A stretch of DNA of 64,000 bases from Pelagibacteraceae bacterium AG-325-J13 (GCA_003282835.1 QBYL01000003.1:21491-85490), one strand, 5' to 3'; counted from the first letter of the stretch, positions 9,601-18,081 are shown. Program-made: numbers and translations. Notes: a model not told the origin generated them from the letters alone.

Positions 9601-10275
9601 ATGCCAAAAAAGAAAAAAGTCAAAAAAACTAATATTCTTAAAAAATTTAAAAAAAGTAAGATTAAGGTAAATGTAAAACCTCAAATTAAAACTCCAATTA
9701 AAAAAGCAGCATCAACAAACTTAGAAGAAAAACCAGAAATTAAGAAAGTAAAAAAACAACCAACTGAGAAACGTATCTATAATTTAAAAGATTACGTGGT
9801 TTACCCAAAACACGGTGTTGGAAAAATAACAGCTGTTGAAAAAGCAAATATAGGTGAAATTGATATACAGTTTTATAAAATTTTTATTGAAAAAGAAAAA
9901 CTTACTCTTACAGTGCCTATCAACCAGCAATCAAAATTAAGACCTATTTCATCCATTAATCAAATCAATAAATGTGTATCTATTCTTAAAATGAAACCTA
10001 AAATCAAAAGAACTATGTGGAGTAGAAGAGCACAAGAATATGACCAAAAAATTAATTCTGGTAAAATTTATGAGTTAGCTGAAGTAGTAAAAGATTTAAA
10101 TAAGAACACTGATATAATTGCGGATCAATCATACTCTGAGAGACAATTATTTGAAAAAGCTTATGAGCGCTTAAAGTCTGAATTTGAGGCGGTTCTCAAA
10201 GTAAGCCCAGAAGACGTACAAAAAAAAATGGATAAAGCATTAGGGCGAATGCAAATTTCTGAAAGTTTAGAATAA
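9601..10275 (+). CDS. carD: CarD/CdnL RNA-polymerase-binding transcription factor with a Lys-rich N-terminal extension
   Basis: VVYPKHGVG, MWSRRAQEY..KINSG and QSYSERQLFE motifs. Confidence 0.93.
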   Translation: MPKKKKVKKTNILKKFKKSKIKVNVKPQIKTPIKKAASTNLEEKPEIKKVKKQPTEKRIYNLKDYVVYPKHGVGKITAVEKANIGEIDIQFYKIFIEKEKLTLTVPINQQSKLRPISSINQINKCVSILKMKPKIKRTMWSRRAQEYDQKINSGKIYELAEVVKDLNKNTDIIADQSYSERQLFEKAYERLKSEFEAVLKVSPEDVQKKMDKALGRMQISESLE

Positions 10276-10314
10276 AAAAACGCCCTTTTTAAATTGTTTT
10301 TAAAAAGGGCGTTT
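10274..10314 (-). terminator. Perfect 16-bp hairpin terminator, possibly bidirectional, with the stronger U tract on the minus strand
   Basis: aaacgccctttttaaa-ttgtt-tttaaaaagggcgttt; A7 at 10274-10280 gives U7 on the minus strand. Confidence 0.85.
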
Positions 10315-10326
10315 GTAAAAAGTAAA

Positions 10327-10398
10327 CTATCTTCTTCTTCTTCTTCTTTTAGCTTTCTTTTTAGCTTTTTTTGCTTTTTTTCTTCTTCGTTTAGCCAT
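10327..10398 (-). CDS. 23-aa extremely basic protamine-like peptide MAKRRRKKAKKAKKKAKRRRRRR (not in the ORF track)
   Basis: ATG at 10398 and TAG at 10329-10327; SD AGGGAG 6 nt upstream; own promoter, 5' hairpin and terminator. Confidence 0.8.
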   Translation of the reverse strand: MAKRRRKKAKKAKKKAKRRRRRR

Positions 10399-10448
10399 CT
10401 TATTCTCCCTTGTTTAAACAAATCTTTTTGATTCGTTTATTAATTTAA

Positions 10449-10476
10449 ACATTAATTAATTTAAGATTCATGTCAA
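10449..10476 (-). promoter_or_regulatory. Sigma70 promoter of the basic-peptide gene
   Basis: TTGACA (10476-10471), 16-nt spacer, TAATGT (10454-10449); AT-rich sequence upstream; a GANTC site at 10465-10469. Confidence 0.6.
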
Positions 10477-10608
10477 ACATAAATTAATTTGTAATTTTTA
10501 TTAAAAAATAAAAAAGTTTATCTAATTTTAATCAATTTATATAAAAGTTAAAAAAGTTAACAATTTCAATGTTTTTTTAAGCAAATAATTAAACAAATCT
10601 TAATTATT

Positions 10609-12279
10609 TTAATAAAGTTTTTCTAATTGATGTTTATAATTTTTAATTATTTCTTTTCTTTTTAACTTTAAAGTTGGTGTTAACATTCCATTATCAATTG
10701 TAAATTCTTTATCAATTATCACAAATTTTTTTACTTTTTCTATTAATGTTAGACTTTTATTAATGTTTTCTATTATTTTACTAATCATTTCTTTTGTTGC
10801 ATCAGTTTCAACAACAATTAATGCAACTAAATAATTTTTTTTATCACCATATATATAAGCTTGTTTGATTTGATCGCTTAGACATAAAATATTCTCAATC
10901 TTGCTTGGTGATATATTGTCTCCACCTAAATTAACTATAATATCCTTTTTTCTGTCAGTAATTTTTAAAAACCCGTTATTGTCTATTTCACCGATGTCCC
11001 CTGTTTTTAACCATCCGTTATCAATAACTTCTTCAGTAGATTTTTTTTGATTCCAATAACCTAACATTACGTTTTCACCTTTAATTAGAATTTCGCCATC
11101 ACTAGCTATTTTAACTTTATTGGTTCTAAAGGGAGGGCCCACTGTATCAACTTTTACTAAACCCGGTAAATTACAACTTACTACTGGAGAGGTTTCGGTT
11201 AAACCATAACCTTGTAAAGTAGGTAAACCTATAGCGTTAAGAAATTCTCCAATATTACGGTCCAGGGCTCCACCGCCAGAAACGAAAGCTTGAAGTCTAC
11301 CCCCGAATTGCCTTCGAATTTTATTTCTTATCAAAATCTCGCATATATAATTTTGGATTTTTTCTAAAAAGTTAAATTTCTTTTTATTGAGTAATTTTTT
11401 TCCTAAATGTAATGTTAAAAATATTAACATTTTTTTTAATCCCTTTTGTTTTTCAAAATTTATATTTATTTTTGTATAAAGATTTTGATAAAATCTTGGA
11501 ACAGCTGTCATAATTGTTGGTTTTGCATGACCCATATTTGTAATTAATTTATCTAAGCTCTCTGCATAAAAAACTTTCGCTGCTAGTAAAATTTGTATCA
11601 TTTGTACTGTGTGCTCATAAGAATGAGATAAAGGTAACCATGTTAAAAATGTTGGGTCCTTTTTTTTAATTAATGGCTGCAATAATTCAAATGCGCCTTC
11701 ACAATTTGATAATATTCCTCCATGACTTAACATAACACCTTTTGGATTGCCTGAAGTACCTGAAGTATAAATTATACAAGCTAAATTGTTTCTTTGTAAA
11801 TCTAAATTAATTTCACTCTCAAATGTTTCATTAAAAATTTGATCAAAAGTTTGTGAATTTATTTCTATTTTTTCGAACGAAATTACTTTTATACTTGTAA
11901 TAAAATTCTTAATTTTTTTAAGTTGTTTATTGTTTGATACAATAATTAAAGAAGGTGAACAGTCTTTTAGAATATATTCATAATCTTTTTCTGCATAAGT
12001 TGTGAAAATTGGTACTGTAATCCCACCAGAATTCATTATAGCAATATCTGAAATAAGCCATTCTGGTCTATTTTCAGATAGTAATAAAACTCGATCTCCT
12101 TTATTAATTAAACTCTTAATTTTATAAGAAAGTTTATATATTTTATCTGTAACTTCATCCCAATTATAAGTGATATTTTTCTCAGGTTTTAGCCAAGTTA
12201 AAAAAGATTTTTTTTTGTCTATTTTTTCTACTTGTTTAAAATAGAGTTCAACTAAACTATTTAATTTACTTATATCCAT
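10609..12279 (-). CDS. Long-chain-fatty-acid--CoA ligase (AMP-dependent synthetase)
   Basis: IIYTSGTSGNPKGV, QGYGLTETSP, GWLKTGDIG and TPTLKLKR motifs. Confidence 0.92.
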   Translation of the reverse strand: MDISKLNSLVELYFKQVEKIDKKKSFLTWLKPEKNITYNWDEVTDKIYKLSYKIKSLINKGDRVLLLSENRPEWLISDIAIMNSGGITVPIFTTYAEKDYEYILKDCSPSLIIVSNNKQLKKIKNFITSIKVISFEKIEINSQTFDQIFNETFESEINLDLQRNNLACIIYTSGTSGNPKGVMLSHGGILSNCEGAFELLQPLIKKKDPTFLTWLPLSHSYEHTVQMIQILLAAKVFYAESLDKLITNMGHAKPTIMTAVPRFYQNLYTKININFEKQKGLKKMLIFLTLHLGKKLLNKKKFNFLEKIQNYICEILIRNKIRRQFGGRLQAFVSGGGALDRNIGEFLNAIGLPTLQGYGLTETSPVVSCNLPGLVKVDTVGPPFRTNKVKIASDGEILIKGENVMLGYWNQKKSTEEVIDNGWLKTGDIGEIDNNGFLKITDRKKDIIVNLGGDNISPSKIENILCLSDQIKQAYIYGDKKNYLVALIVVETDATKEMISKIIENINKSLTLIEKVKKFVIIDKEFTIDNGMLTPTLKLKRKEIIKNYKHQLEKLY

Positions 12280-12283
12280 ATTT

Positions 12284-12370
12284 TGGTGGGCGAAGAGAGA
12301 CTCGAACTCTCAAGGTATTGCTACCACCGGATTTTGAGTCCGGCGCGTCTACCAGTTCCACCATTCGCCC
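12284..12370 (-). tRNA. tRNA-Leu (anticodon CAA)
   Basis: Reverse complement GGGCGAATGGTGGAACTGGTAGACGCGCCGGACTCAAAATCCGG...GTTCGAGTCTCTCTTCGCCCACCA; long variable arm and encoded CCA. Confidence 0.97.
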
Positions 12371-12385
12371 TTTTTTTTAAATAAT

Positions 12386-13231
12386 CTAATTTATTTTTCT
12401 AACTATGAGAACAAAAATAATTGATGTAACGAACATAATTAGTGCATATGCTGCTGTCGGCACCATAAATACTATATCGTCAAATAATTGCGTGGCGACA
12501 AAAACAGCCAAAGTTCCGTTTTGTAAGCCGCATTCTAGCGAAATACATTTCCTTTGAGATAAGCCTGAAGCTAAATATTTTGCCATGTAATAACCTATGA
12601 AAATCATTGTCATGTTTAAAATAAAAGCTACTAAGCCTGCTCTTGATAAAAAGCTAACTATTCTATTCCATTCTTCTACCCAAATAGAAATAAAAACTAT
12701 TAAAAACAATATTACTGATAATCTCTGGACAAGGATAGTTTTAGAGAGAATGAAATTTGTCATTAAACTCCTTACAATCATTCCCAAAATTACTGGGACT
12801 GTAACCACAAAAAACATTTTAGAAGCGATATTAATCATTGATATGGTTTTAGTCATTTCAAAACCTAAAAAATTTGCTGAATTGTAAATAATTAAAGGGA
12901 CTGTTATTACGGAGATTAAACTTACAACAGCGGTTAAAGTTACAGATAGCGCAACATCTCCATTCGCAAATTTAGTTAATATATTTGATGTAACTCCGCC
13001 AGGAGCAGCTGCAATTATCATTAAACCAAGAGCTATTTCTGGAGGTATTGAAATGATATGTATTATAATGAAAGCAATTATTGGAAGTAGGATAACTTGA
13101 CCAAAAAAACCTATAAAGAAATCTCTTGGTATTGTTATTACTCTTTTAAAATCTGATATGGTTAATCCAAGACCTAAGCCGAACATTATTATAGCGAGTG
13201 CAAGGGGTGCTATATTTTTTGCTATTTCCAT
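12386..13231 (-). CDS. Bile acid:sodium symporter (BASS) family transporter
   Basis: MFGLGLGL, APGGVTSN, GDVALSV and ECGLQNG motifs. Confidence 0.92.
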   Translation of the reverse strand: MEIAKNIAPLALAIIMFGLGLGLTISDFKRVITIPRDFFIGFFGQVILLPIIAFIIIHIISIPPEIALGLMIIAAAPGGVTSNILTKFANGDVALSVTLTAVVSLISVITVPLIIYNSANFLGFEMTKTISMINIASKMFFVVTVPVILGMIVRSLMTNFILSKTILVQRLSVILFLIVFISIWVEEWNRIVSFLSRAGLVAFILNMTMIFIGYYMAKYLASGLSQRKCISLECGLQNGTLAVFVATQLFDDIVFMVPTAAYALIMFVTSIIFVLIVRKIN

Positions 13232-13246
13232 AATTTAGTTAAATAT

Positions 13247-14263
13247 TTAAATTTTAAAATTTGAATTTTTCATATAGTCAAAAAAATCAGTCAAAAATTC
13301 TGCAACAGCATTTTGATTTAAAATGAAATTTTCTTGTATTAATTTATTCAATTTTCCACCTTTTTTCATTTGGTATTCTAAATTTTTATTTTTTTTAATA
13401 CAATCTTGCCTAACTAGCCATTTCAATTTTCTAATAACTGTCGCCCTTGGTATAAGTGAAATGTCTGCTATAGAAGAAGCATTTATTCCTCGAGTAACTT
13501 TAACGTCCGTGACATTTGAATAATAACTTTTAATTGTAACTGGTTCCTCTATAAGATTGTTTTCAGCTGCTCTACCTAAATGGTATTGATGGCTAAGAGC
13601 TATATTACCCCAGACTATCCAAGTTTCTAAATCCTTAAAAACATTTCTATGTCTTGTTAAAAAAGGTATTTGTAACTTAAAGAATCTTAGCCAAACAACT
13701 GTAAAATATTTTTTTATGAAATCTGCTATTTGCTGCTTTGAAATTGATTGACCAAACCATTCTTGGCCTTCCATCATTTTAGATTTTTTTTCTATAAAAG
13801 TTGATAGTAAATTAATACTCTCATTAGGTTTTTGGGTTTCTATACCTTTCCTATTGAAAACGATTGATTTGCCATCTCTTTTCAAAAGTCCTTGTGATTG
13901 TAGTTCATTAACCTTTCTTCTAACCGTTTCTTTAGGAATATTAAGTTCGTTTGATATTTTGATTAAATTAATTTTTTCAATTGTTACAAATTCTGATTCA
14001 TAAAATTCATCCATCGTTTGATATTGAAATCTATCAGATAACTTTTGCCAATTCTCTTTTATCAAATATATCAAAACTACGTACTTATCTAAATCTTTCA
14101 AAGTTTTAAAAGCCCTACTAGTCCATGCTTGTTGGAACTTTCCCCAAGTATCCCAATGAGTTAGAAGGTTTCTTTCAAGACTTTCTAAAACTAATAATTT
14201 ATTAAATTTTTGCTCAATTGATGGAATGGCTTTTTTAGTTTTAATATCAACAGGTTGACTCAC
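13247..14263 (-). CDS. Uncharacterised protein with two tandem winged-HTH modules
   Basis: INLIKISNELNIPKETVRRKVNEL and INASSIADISLIPRATVIRKLKWL; GTG start. Confidence 0.7.
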   Translation of the reverse strand: MSQPVDIKTKKAIPSIEQKFNKLLVLESLERNLLTHWDTWGKFQQAWTSRAFKTLKDLDKYVVLIYLIKENWQKLSDRFQYQTMDEFYESEFVTIEKINLIKISNELNIPKETVRRKVNELQSQGLLKRDGKSIVFNRKGIETQKPNESINLLSTFIEKKSKMMEGQEWFGQSISKQQIADFIKKYFTVVWLRFFKLQIPFLTRHRNVFKDLETWIVWGNIALSHQYHLGRAAENNLIEEPVTIKSYYSNVTDVKVTRGINASSIADISLIPRATVIRKLKWLVRQDCIKKNKNLEYQMKKGGKLNKLIQENFILNQNAVAEFLTDFFDYMKNSNFKI

Positions 14264-14264
14264 T

Positions 14265-14450
14265 TTATTTTTTCCAAGTTATCGATTGATTGATTAATAT
14301 AGCCATTAAAATCCATATCATAAATGTCTCAGATGGCGAAAACCCATAATTTGCTCCAAACATTCCTGCTGCTATTACAATTCCATATATGACTATAGTG
14401 GATAATATTAAACTTGCCAGATACCTAATGATTGTGCATTTTAAATTCAT
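14265..14450 (-). CDS. Small two-TM membrane protein (about 61 aa)
   Basis: Two hydrophobic helices and a basic C-terminus; stop lies 1 nt before the next gene; start codon uncertain. Confidence 0.6.
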   Translation of the reverse strand: MNLKCTIIRYLASLILSTIVIYGIVIAAGMFGANYGFSPSETFMIWILMAILINQSITWKK

Positions 14451-15051
14451 GATACTAAAAAAAGTATACGACAGATGTGTTGAGCTTGCTAGACATAAAT
14501 TTTCCAAACCGCTGCTTGGATTTGTAGCTTTTATAGAAAGTTTCTTTTTTCCTGTCCCACCTGATTTAATGATTATACCAATGGTCGTAGCTAAAAGAGA
14601 TGACTATTTAAAAATTTTTTTAATTGCAACTGTGGGCTCTGTTTTAGGAGGATTATTTGGTTATATGTTGGGAGTATTTTTCTTAGATGCAGCAATGGTA
14701 ATAATTGAGTTTTATGGATATGAGGAAAAAGTTTTTGAGATACAGGAAACAATGACAACTAAAGGAGGTTTTTATACATGGTTAGGGATAATGTTCTTAG
14801 CTGGATTTACACCATTGCCATTCAAAGTTTTTACAATTACTAGCGGAGTAATAAACTTTAATCTTTTAGTTTTTTTCTTCATATGCTTATTTACAAGAGG
14901 CCTTCGTTTTTTTTTAGTGTCTTATTTTACAAATCTTTTTGGGAAAAAGTTTGGTGTATTTATTGAAAAAAGAGGTGCTATTTGGTTTTCCATCAGTGGT
15001 ATAATGATAGTAACAATAGCAATTATTATTTATCTAATTTTCGTAAAATGA
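14449..15051 (+). CDS. YqaA/DedA (VTT domain) membrane protein
   Basis: AFIESFFFPVPPD, GSVLGG.FGY, FTPLPFKVFTI and RGLRF motifs; likely start is the ATG at 14449. Confidence 0.88.
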   Translation: MILKKVYDRCVELARHKFSKPLLGFVAFIESFFFPVPPDLMIIPMVVAKRDDYLKIFLIATVGSVLGGLFGYMLGVFFLDAAMVIIEFYGYEEKVFEIQETMTTKGGFYTWLGIMFLAGFTPLPFKVFTITSGVINFNLLVFFFICLFTRGLRFFLVSYFTNLFGKKFGVFIEKRGAIWFSISGIMIVTIAIIIYLIFVK

Positions 15052-15533
15052 TTTCAAAAAATGATAAAATAGTTCTAAATGGAGTTTTAATTTTTAGTAT
15101 TTTAACTTTAATAATTGCTTATTTCATTCAATACGTTCTTGAACACAAACCTTGTAATTTATGCTTAATTGAAAGATACCCTTACATAGGTGCAATAATA
15201 TTAATTTCTTTCCTATTAATGATTAATAAGTTCGAGACAACTTTTTTATACTTAATCTTATCACTATTCGTATTTGGAGCAGTAATATCTGCTTATCACG
15301 TTGGAATAGAGCAAGAAATTTTCACTGAGTCTTTTGTTTGTGACTTGAATAATAATGAAGGCAGTCTCTCGAAAGAAGAACTTTTGCAACAATTAGAAAA
15401 AAAAACACCAATAAGCTGCAAAATTGTGACTTTTAGAGTTTTGGGGCTTTCGCTTGCTACAATAAATACAATTATTTCATTAATTATAACTGGTATTATG
15501 GTTAAAATTTTAAATAGATATGGCAAAAACTAA
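15048..15533 (+). CDS. dsbB: Disulfide bond formation protein DsbB family
   Basis: PCNLCLIERYP and YHVGIE motifs plus a second Cys pair; ATGA overlap with the previous stop. Confidence 0.85.
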   Translation: MISKNDKIVLNGVLIFSILTLIIAYFIQYVLEHKPCNLCLIERYPYIGAIILISFLLMINKFETTFLYLILSLFVFGAVISAYHVGIEQEIFTESFVCDLNNNEGSLSKEELLQQLEKKTPISCKIVTFRVLGLSLATINTIISLIITGIMVKILNRYGKN

Positions 15534-16053
15534 TAAAAAACTTTTAGAAGAAATAATAAGGGTAGACCACGCAGGAGAGCGAGGTGCTATAAAGATTTAT
15601 GAAGGTCAACTACTTGCATTAAAAACATTCAAACAAAACGAATATTTAAAAAAAAAAATCGAAGAAATGAAAGAACATGAAAGAGAACACTATGAATATT
15701 TTGATAACGAAATTAAAAAAAGAAATATTCAACCTACAAAATTACTTCCACTATGGGATCTAATGGGTGTTACGCTTGGATTTGGTACAGCTATGTTAGG
15801 TGAAAAAGCTGCAATGCTCTGTACAGCTTCAGTGGAGGAAGTAATTGATGGCCATTATAAAGATCAAACTTATAAATTAGGTGAGGATGAAAAAGAATTA
15901 AAAGAAAAAATTAAAAAATTTCGGCAAGATGAATTAGATCATAAAGATATGGCTTATGAACATGGTGCAACTAAAAAAGGTTTATACAGTATTCTGGATA
16001 AGGTAATAAAAACATCATCTAGAATAGCTATAACTATTTCAGAAAAGATTTAA
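15520..16053 (+). CDS. coq7: Demethoxyubiquinone hydroxylase (Coq7, di-iron)
   Basis: RVDHAGERGA..IY.GQ, EREH, VEEVIDGHY and DELDH motifs. Confidence 0.92.
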   Translation: MAKTNKKLLEEIIRVDHAGERGAIKIYEGQLLALKTFKQNEYLKKKIEEMKEHEREHYEYFDNEIKKRNIQPTKLLPLWDLMGVTLGFGTAMLGEKAAMLCTASVEEVIDGHYKDQTYKLGEDEKELKEKIKKFRQDELDHKDMAYEHGATKKGLYSILDKVIKTSSRIAITISEKI

Positions 16054-16623
16054 TTAAGGTTCTAATTCAATATCCCAATATAGGTAGTCCATCCAACTTT
16101 CATGTAAGAAATTTGGGGGAAAGTTTCTTCCGTTTCTGTGTAGATCTTCGACAGTTGGAGCATAAGGTCTGTTGGTCAACTTCAATTCACAATCTCTATA
16201 TAATTTGCCTCCTTTTTTTACATTACAACTTGAACAAGCTGTAACAACGTTGTTCCAATCAGTTAATCCACCCTTTGACTTAGGTAGAAGATGGTCGAAT
16301 GTTAAATCTTTCTTATCTCCACAATATTGACAAGTGAACTTATCTCTTAAGAAAACATTGAATCTGGTAAAATTTGGATTTTTAGAAGGTTGTATAAAAT
16401 TTTTTAAAGCAATAACACTTGGTAAATTCATCTCAAATGATGGACTTCTAATTTTTCTTTTATAATTTGAAACAATGCTAACACGATCTAAAAAAACAGA
16501 TTTTACCGCATCCTGCCAACACCAAATTGATAAAGGATAGTAGCTAAGCGGTCTGAAATCAGCGTTTAAAACAAGCGCCGGGCACTTTTCTAATGGAACT
16601 TTATCAACTGAAGAAATAATCAT
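16054..16623 (-). CDS. HNH endonuclease, conserved alphaproteobacterial type
   Basis: LVLNADFRPLSYYP, FTRFNVFLRD.F.CQYCG and TFDH..P.SKGG..W.NVVTAC..CN motifs. Confidence 0.9.
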   Translation of the reverse strand: MIISSVDKVPLEKCPALVLNADFRPLSYYPLSIWCWQDAVKSVFLDRVSIVSNYKRKIRSPSFEMNLPSVIALKNFIQPSKNPNFTRFNVFLRDKFTCQYCGDKKDLTFDHLLPKSKGGLTDWNNVVTACSSCNVKKGGKLYRDCELKLTNRPYAPTVEDLHRNGRNFPPNFLHESWMDYLYWDIELEP

Positions 16624-16687
16624 AATTAAAGCTAACTGATAGAAAAAATTTTATCAAGTTATTATTATGTTGCAGCACTAAATTTTA

Positions 16688-17341
16688 TTATCTAAAATGT
16701 TTTTTTATAAACTGAAGCCCTAAACTGGACCCTTCAGTAGGTATTCTATGCTCACAATCTTTAAATAATTTAGATTCTATGGCATAATTATTCTTTCCGA
16801 AAAAATCTTTAGCTTCTAAAAAAGCATCAACAGTTACTACTTGATCTTGCTCTCCATGCATTAAGAGTATATTTGGTCTTGAGTTTAAATTTTTCGATAA
16901 ATGTTCTGCATTAATTATTTTTCCTGAATAACCAATTATTGAATTTATTTTATCTTTCCGCTTAATTCCAGTTTGCAAAGTTAGCATACACCCTTGACTA
17001 AAACCACCAATAATAACCTGATTTGAAATTAAATTATTTTTTTTTAGAACCTCATCGATAAGTTCGTTTAGTTTACTTTCAGCTACTAATGACTTAGACA
17101 AAATCTGATCTGGCGACTGATCCAATAAATCAAACCATTGGTAACCAGTTGGGCTCGCGGCACATCTCTCTGGAGCATCTGGACAAATAAAAATAGTATC
17201 CGGTAAATATGTTCTCCAATATCCCGCTAGTATCGATATGTCTTTTCCATCGCCACCATAACCGTGACAAAGTATTACTGCGTTTTTTGGTTTCTTTTTA
17301 GATAAAGGTTCTAAAGTAATTGTATTTAGTGTGTAGGTCAT
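16688..17341 (-). CDS. Phospholipase/carboxylesterase (alpha/beta hydrolase)
   Basis: HGYGG, GFSQG and HGEQDQVV motifs with a C-terminal catalytic His. Confidence 0.9.
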   Translation of the reverse strand: MTYTLNTITLEPLSKKKPKNAVILCHGYGGDGKDISILAGYWRTYLPDTIFICPDAPERCAASPTGYQWFDLLDQSPDQILSKSLVAESKLNELIDEVLKKNNLISNQVIIGGFSQGCMLTLQTGIKRKDKINSIIGYSGKIINAEHLSKNLNSRPNILLMHGEQDQVVTVDAFLEAKDFFGKNNYAIESKLFKDCEHRIPTEGSSLGLQFIKKHFR

Positions 17342-17353
17342 ATAGATAAAATA

Positions 17354-17557
17354 ATGATGACAGAATTTTTTTTCAATTTTATAGGTTTTTCACTTTTAGG
17401 AGCTGTGGCCATAGTTTTAGTTATGGGTATTTATACTTTATTTAAAGGTGGAAAGACTAGTAAAAAATATTCAAACAAATTAATGCAGCTTAGAGTACTT
17501 CTTCAATTCATAGCTGTAATTGTGTTGGTTTTGATGGCTTACTTTTTTAAAGATTAA
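17354..17557 (+). CDS. HIG1-domain twin-TM small protein
   Basis: SNKLMQLRVLLQF motif between two TM helices. Confidence 0.82.
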   Translation: MMTEFFFNFIGFSLLGAVAIVLVMGIYTLFKGGKTSKKYSNKLMQLRVLLQFIAVIVLVLMAYFFKD

Positions 17558-18081
17558 ATATATTTTTTTAACAATTTAATAAAATCTTTGTCTGTAAAAT
17601 CGATTTCACCCACGATTCTTCCAAATTCTTTTCCATCTTTATCTATCAAAATACTAGTCGGTAAACCTCTCATTCTAAACTGTTTAACTAATTTCAATTC
17701 TGGGTCAAAATAAATGTCTAAACTTAATACGCCTATGAATTTAAAGAAATCTTGAGCTTTTAGTTTATTAGGCTTTTCCATATTAATGGCATAAACTTTA
17801 ATTTTTGGGTGTAAGTGAGTCAATTTTTCTAGAGACGGCATCTCTCTTCTACAAGGCGCACACCAAGTGGCCCAAAAATTTAAGATCATGATATTGCCTT
17901 TTTTATTAGTTAAATCAACTTCTTGAAGATTTAAATCTTTAAATCTAAGCTCTTTTATAACCTTTGGTTTTTCATAAATAACTATATTTTTGGAAAAATC
18001 AGTGTCAGCCAAAACGTTTTTGCTGATTAAAAACACAAGTATTATGTGAATATAGATTTTAAAAGATTTACTAATTTTCAT
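17554..18081 (-). CDS. tlpA: TlpA family thiol:disulfide oxidoreductase
   Basis: NFWATWCAPCRREMP and GLPTS motifs; divergent from argH as in other alphaproteobacteria. Confidence 0.88.
   Translation of the reverse strand: MKISKSFKIYIHIILVFLISKNVLADTDFSKNIVIYEKPKVIKELRFKDLNLQEVDLTNKKGNIMILNFWATWCAPCRREMPSLEKLTHLHPKIKVYAINMEKPNKLKAQDFFKFIGVLSLDIYFDPELKLVKQFRMRGLPTSILIDKDGKEFGRIVGEIDFTDKDFIKLLKKYI

Noticed and set aside
10329-10390. (TCT)n and T-run low-complexity tract as a microsatellite or contingency locus
   Set aside because: Explained by the AGA/AAA codons of the peptide; synonymous variants (CGA, AAG, GCA/GCT) keep the frame.
10161-10421. 86-aa minus-strand ORF in the track (MFKQGR...EEEEED)
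   Set aside because: It is a different frame of the peptide gene, has a TTG start with no SD, and runs through the terminator into antisense carD. The SD is positioned for ATG 10398.
10445-10459. TTAA-N7-TTAA CtrA-like box over the peptide gene's -10 element
   Set aside because: Expected by chance in such AT-rich sequence, and there is no evidence here that ctrA is present.
10477-10608. Extremely AT-rich stretch as a replication origin
   Set aside because: No clear DnaA-box cluster or origin-linked genes; more simply an upstream promoter region.
12284-12370. tRNA-Leu as an island integration site
   Set aside because: No integrase and no duplicated tRNA 3' end seen in the window.
16054-16623. 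HNH nuclease as an IscB/Cas9-like, homing or defence nuclease
   Set aside because: No RuvC motifs, array, ncRNA space, partner methylase or mobility genes; it resembles the conserved stand-alone alphaproteobacterial HNH protein.
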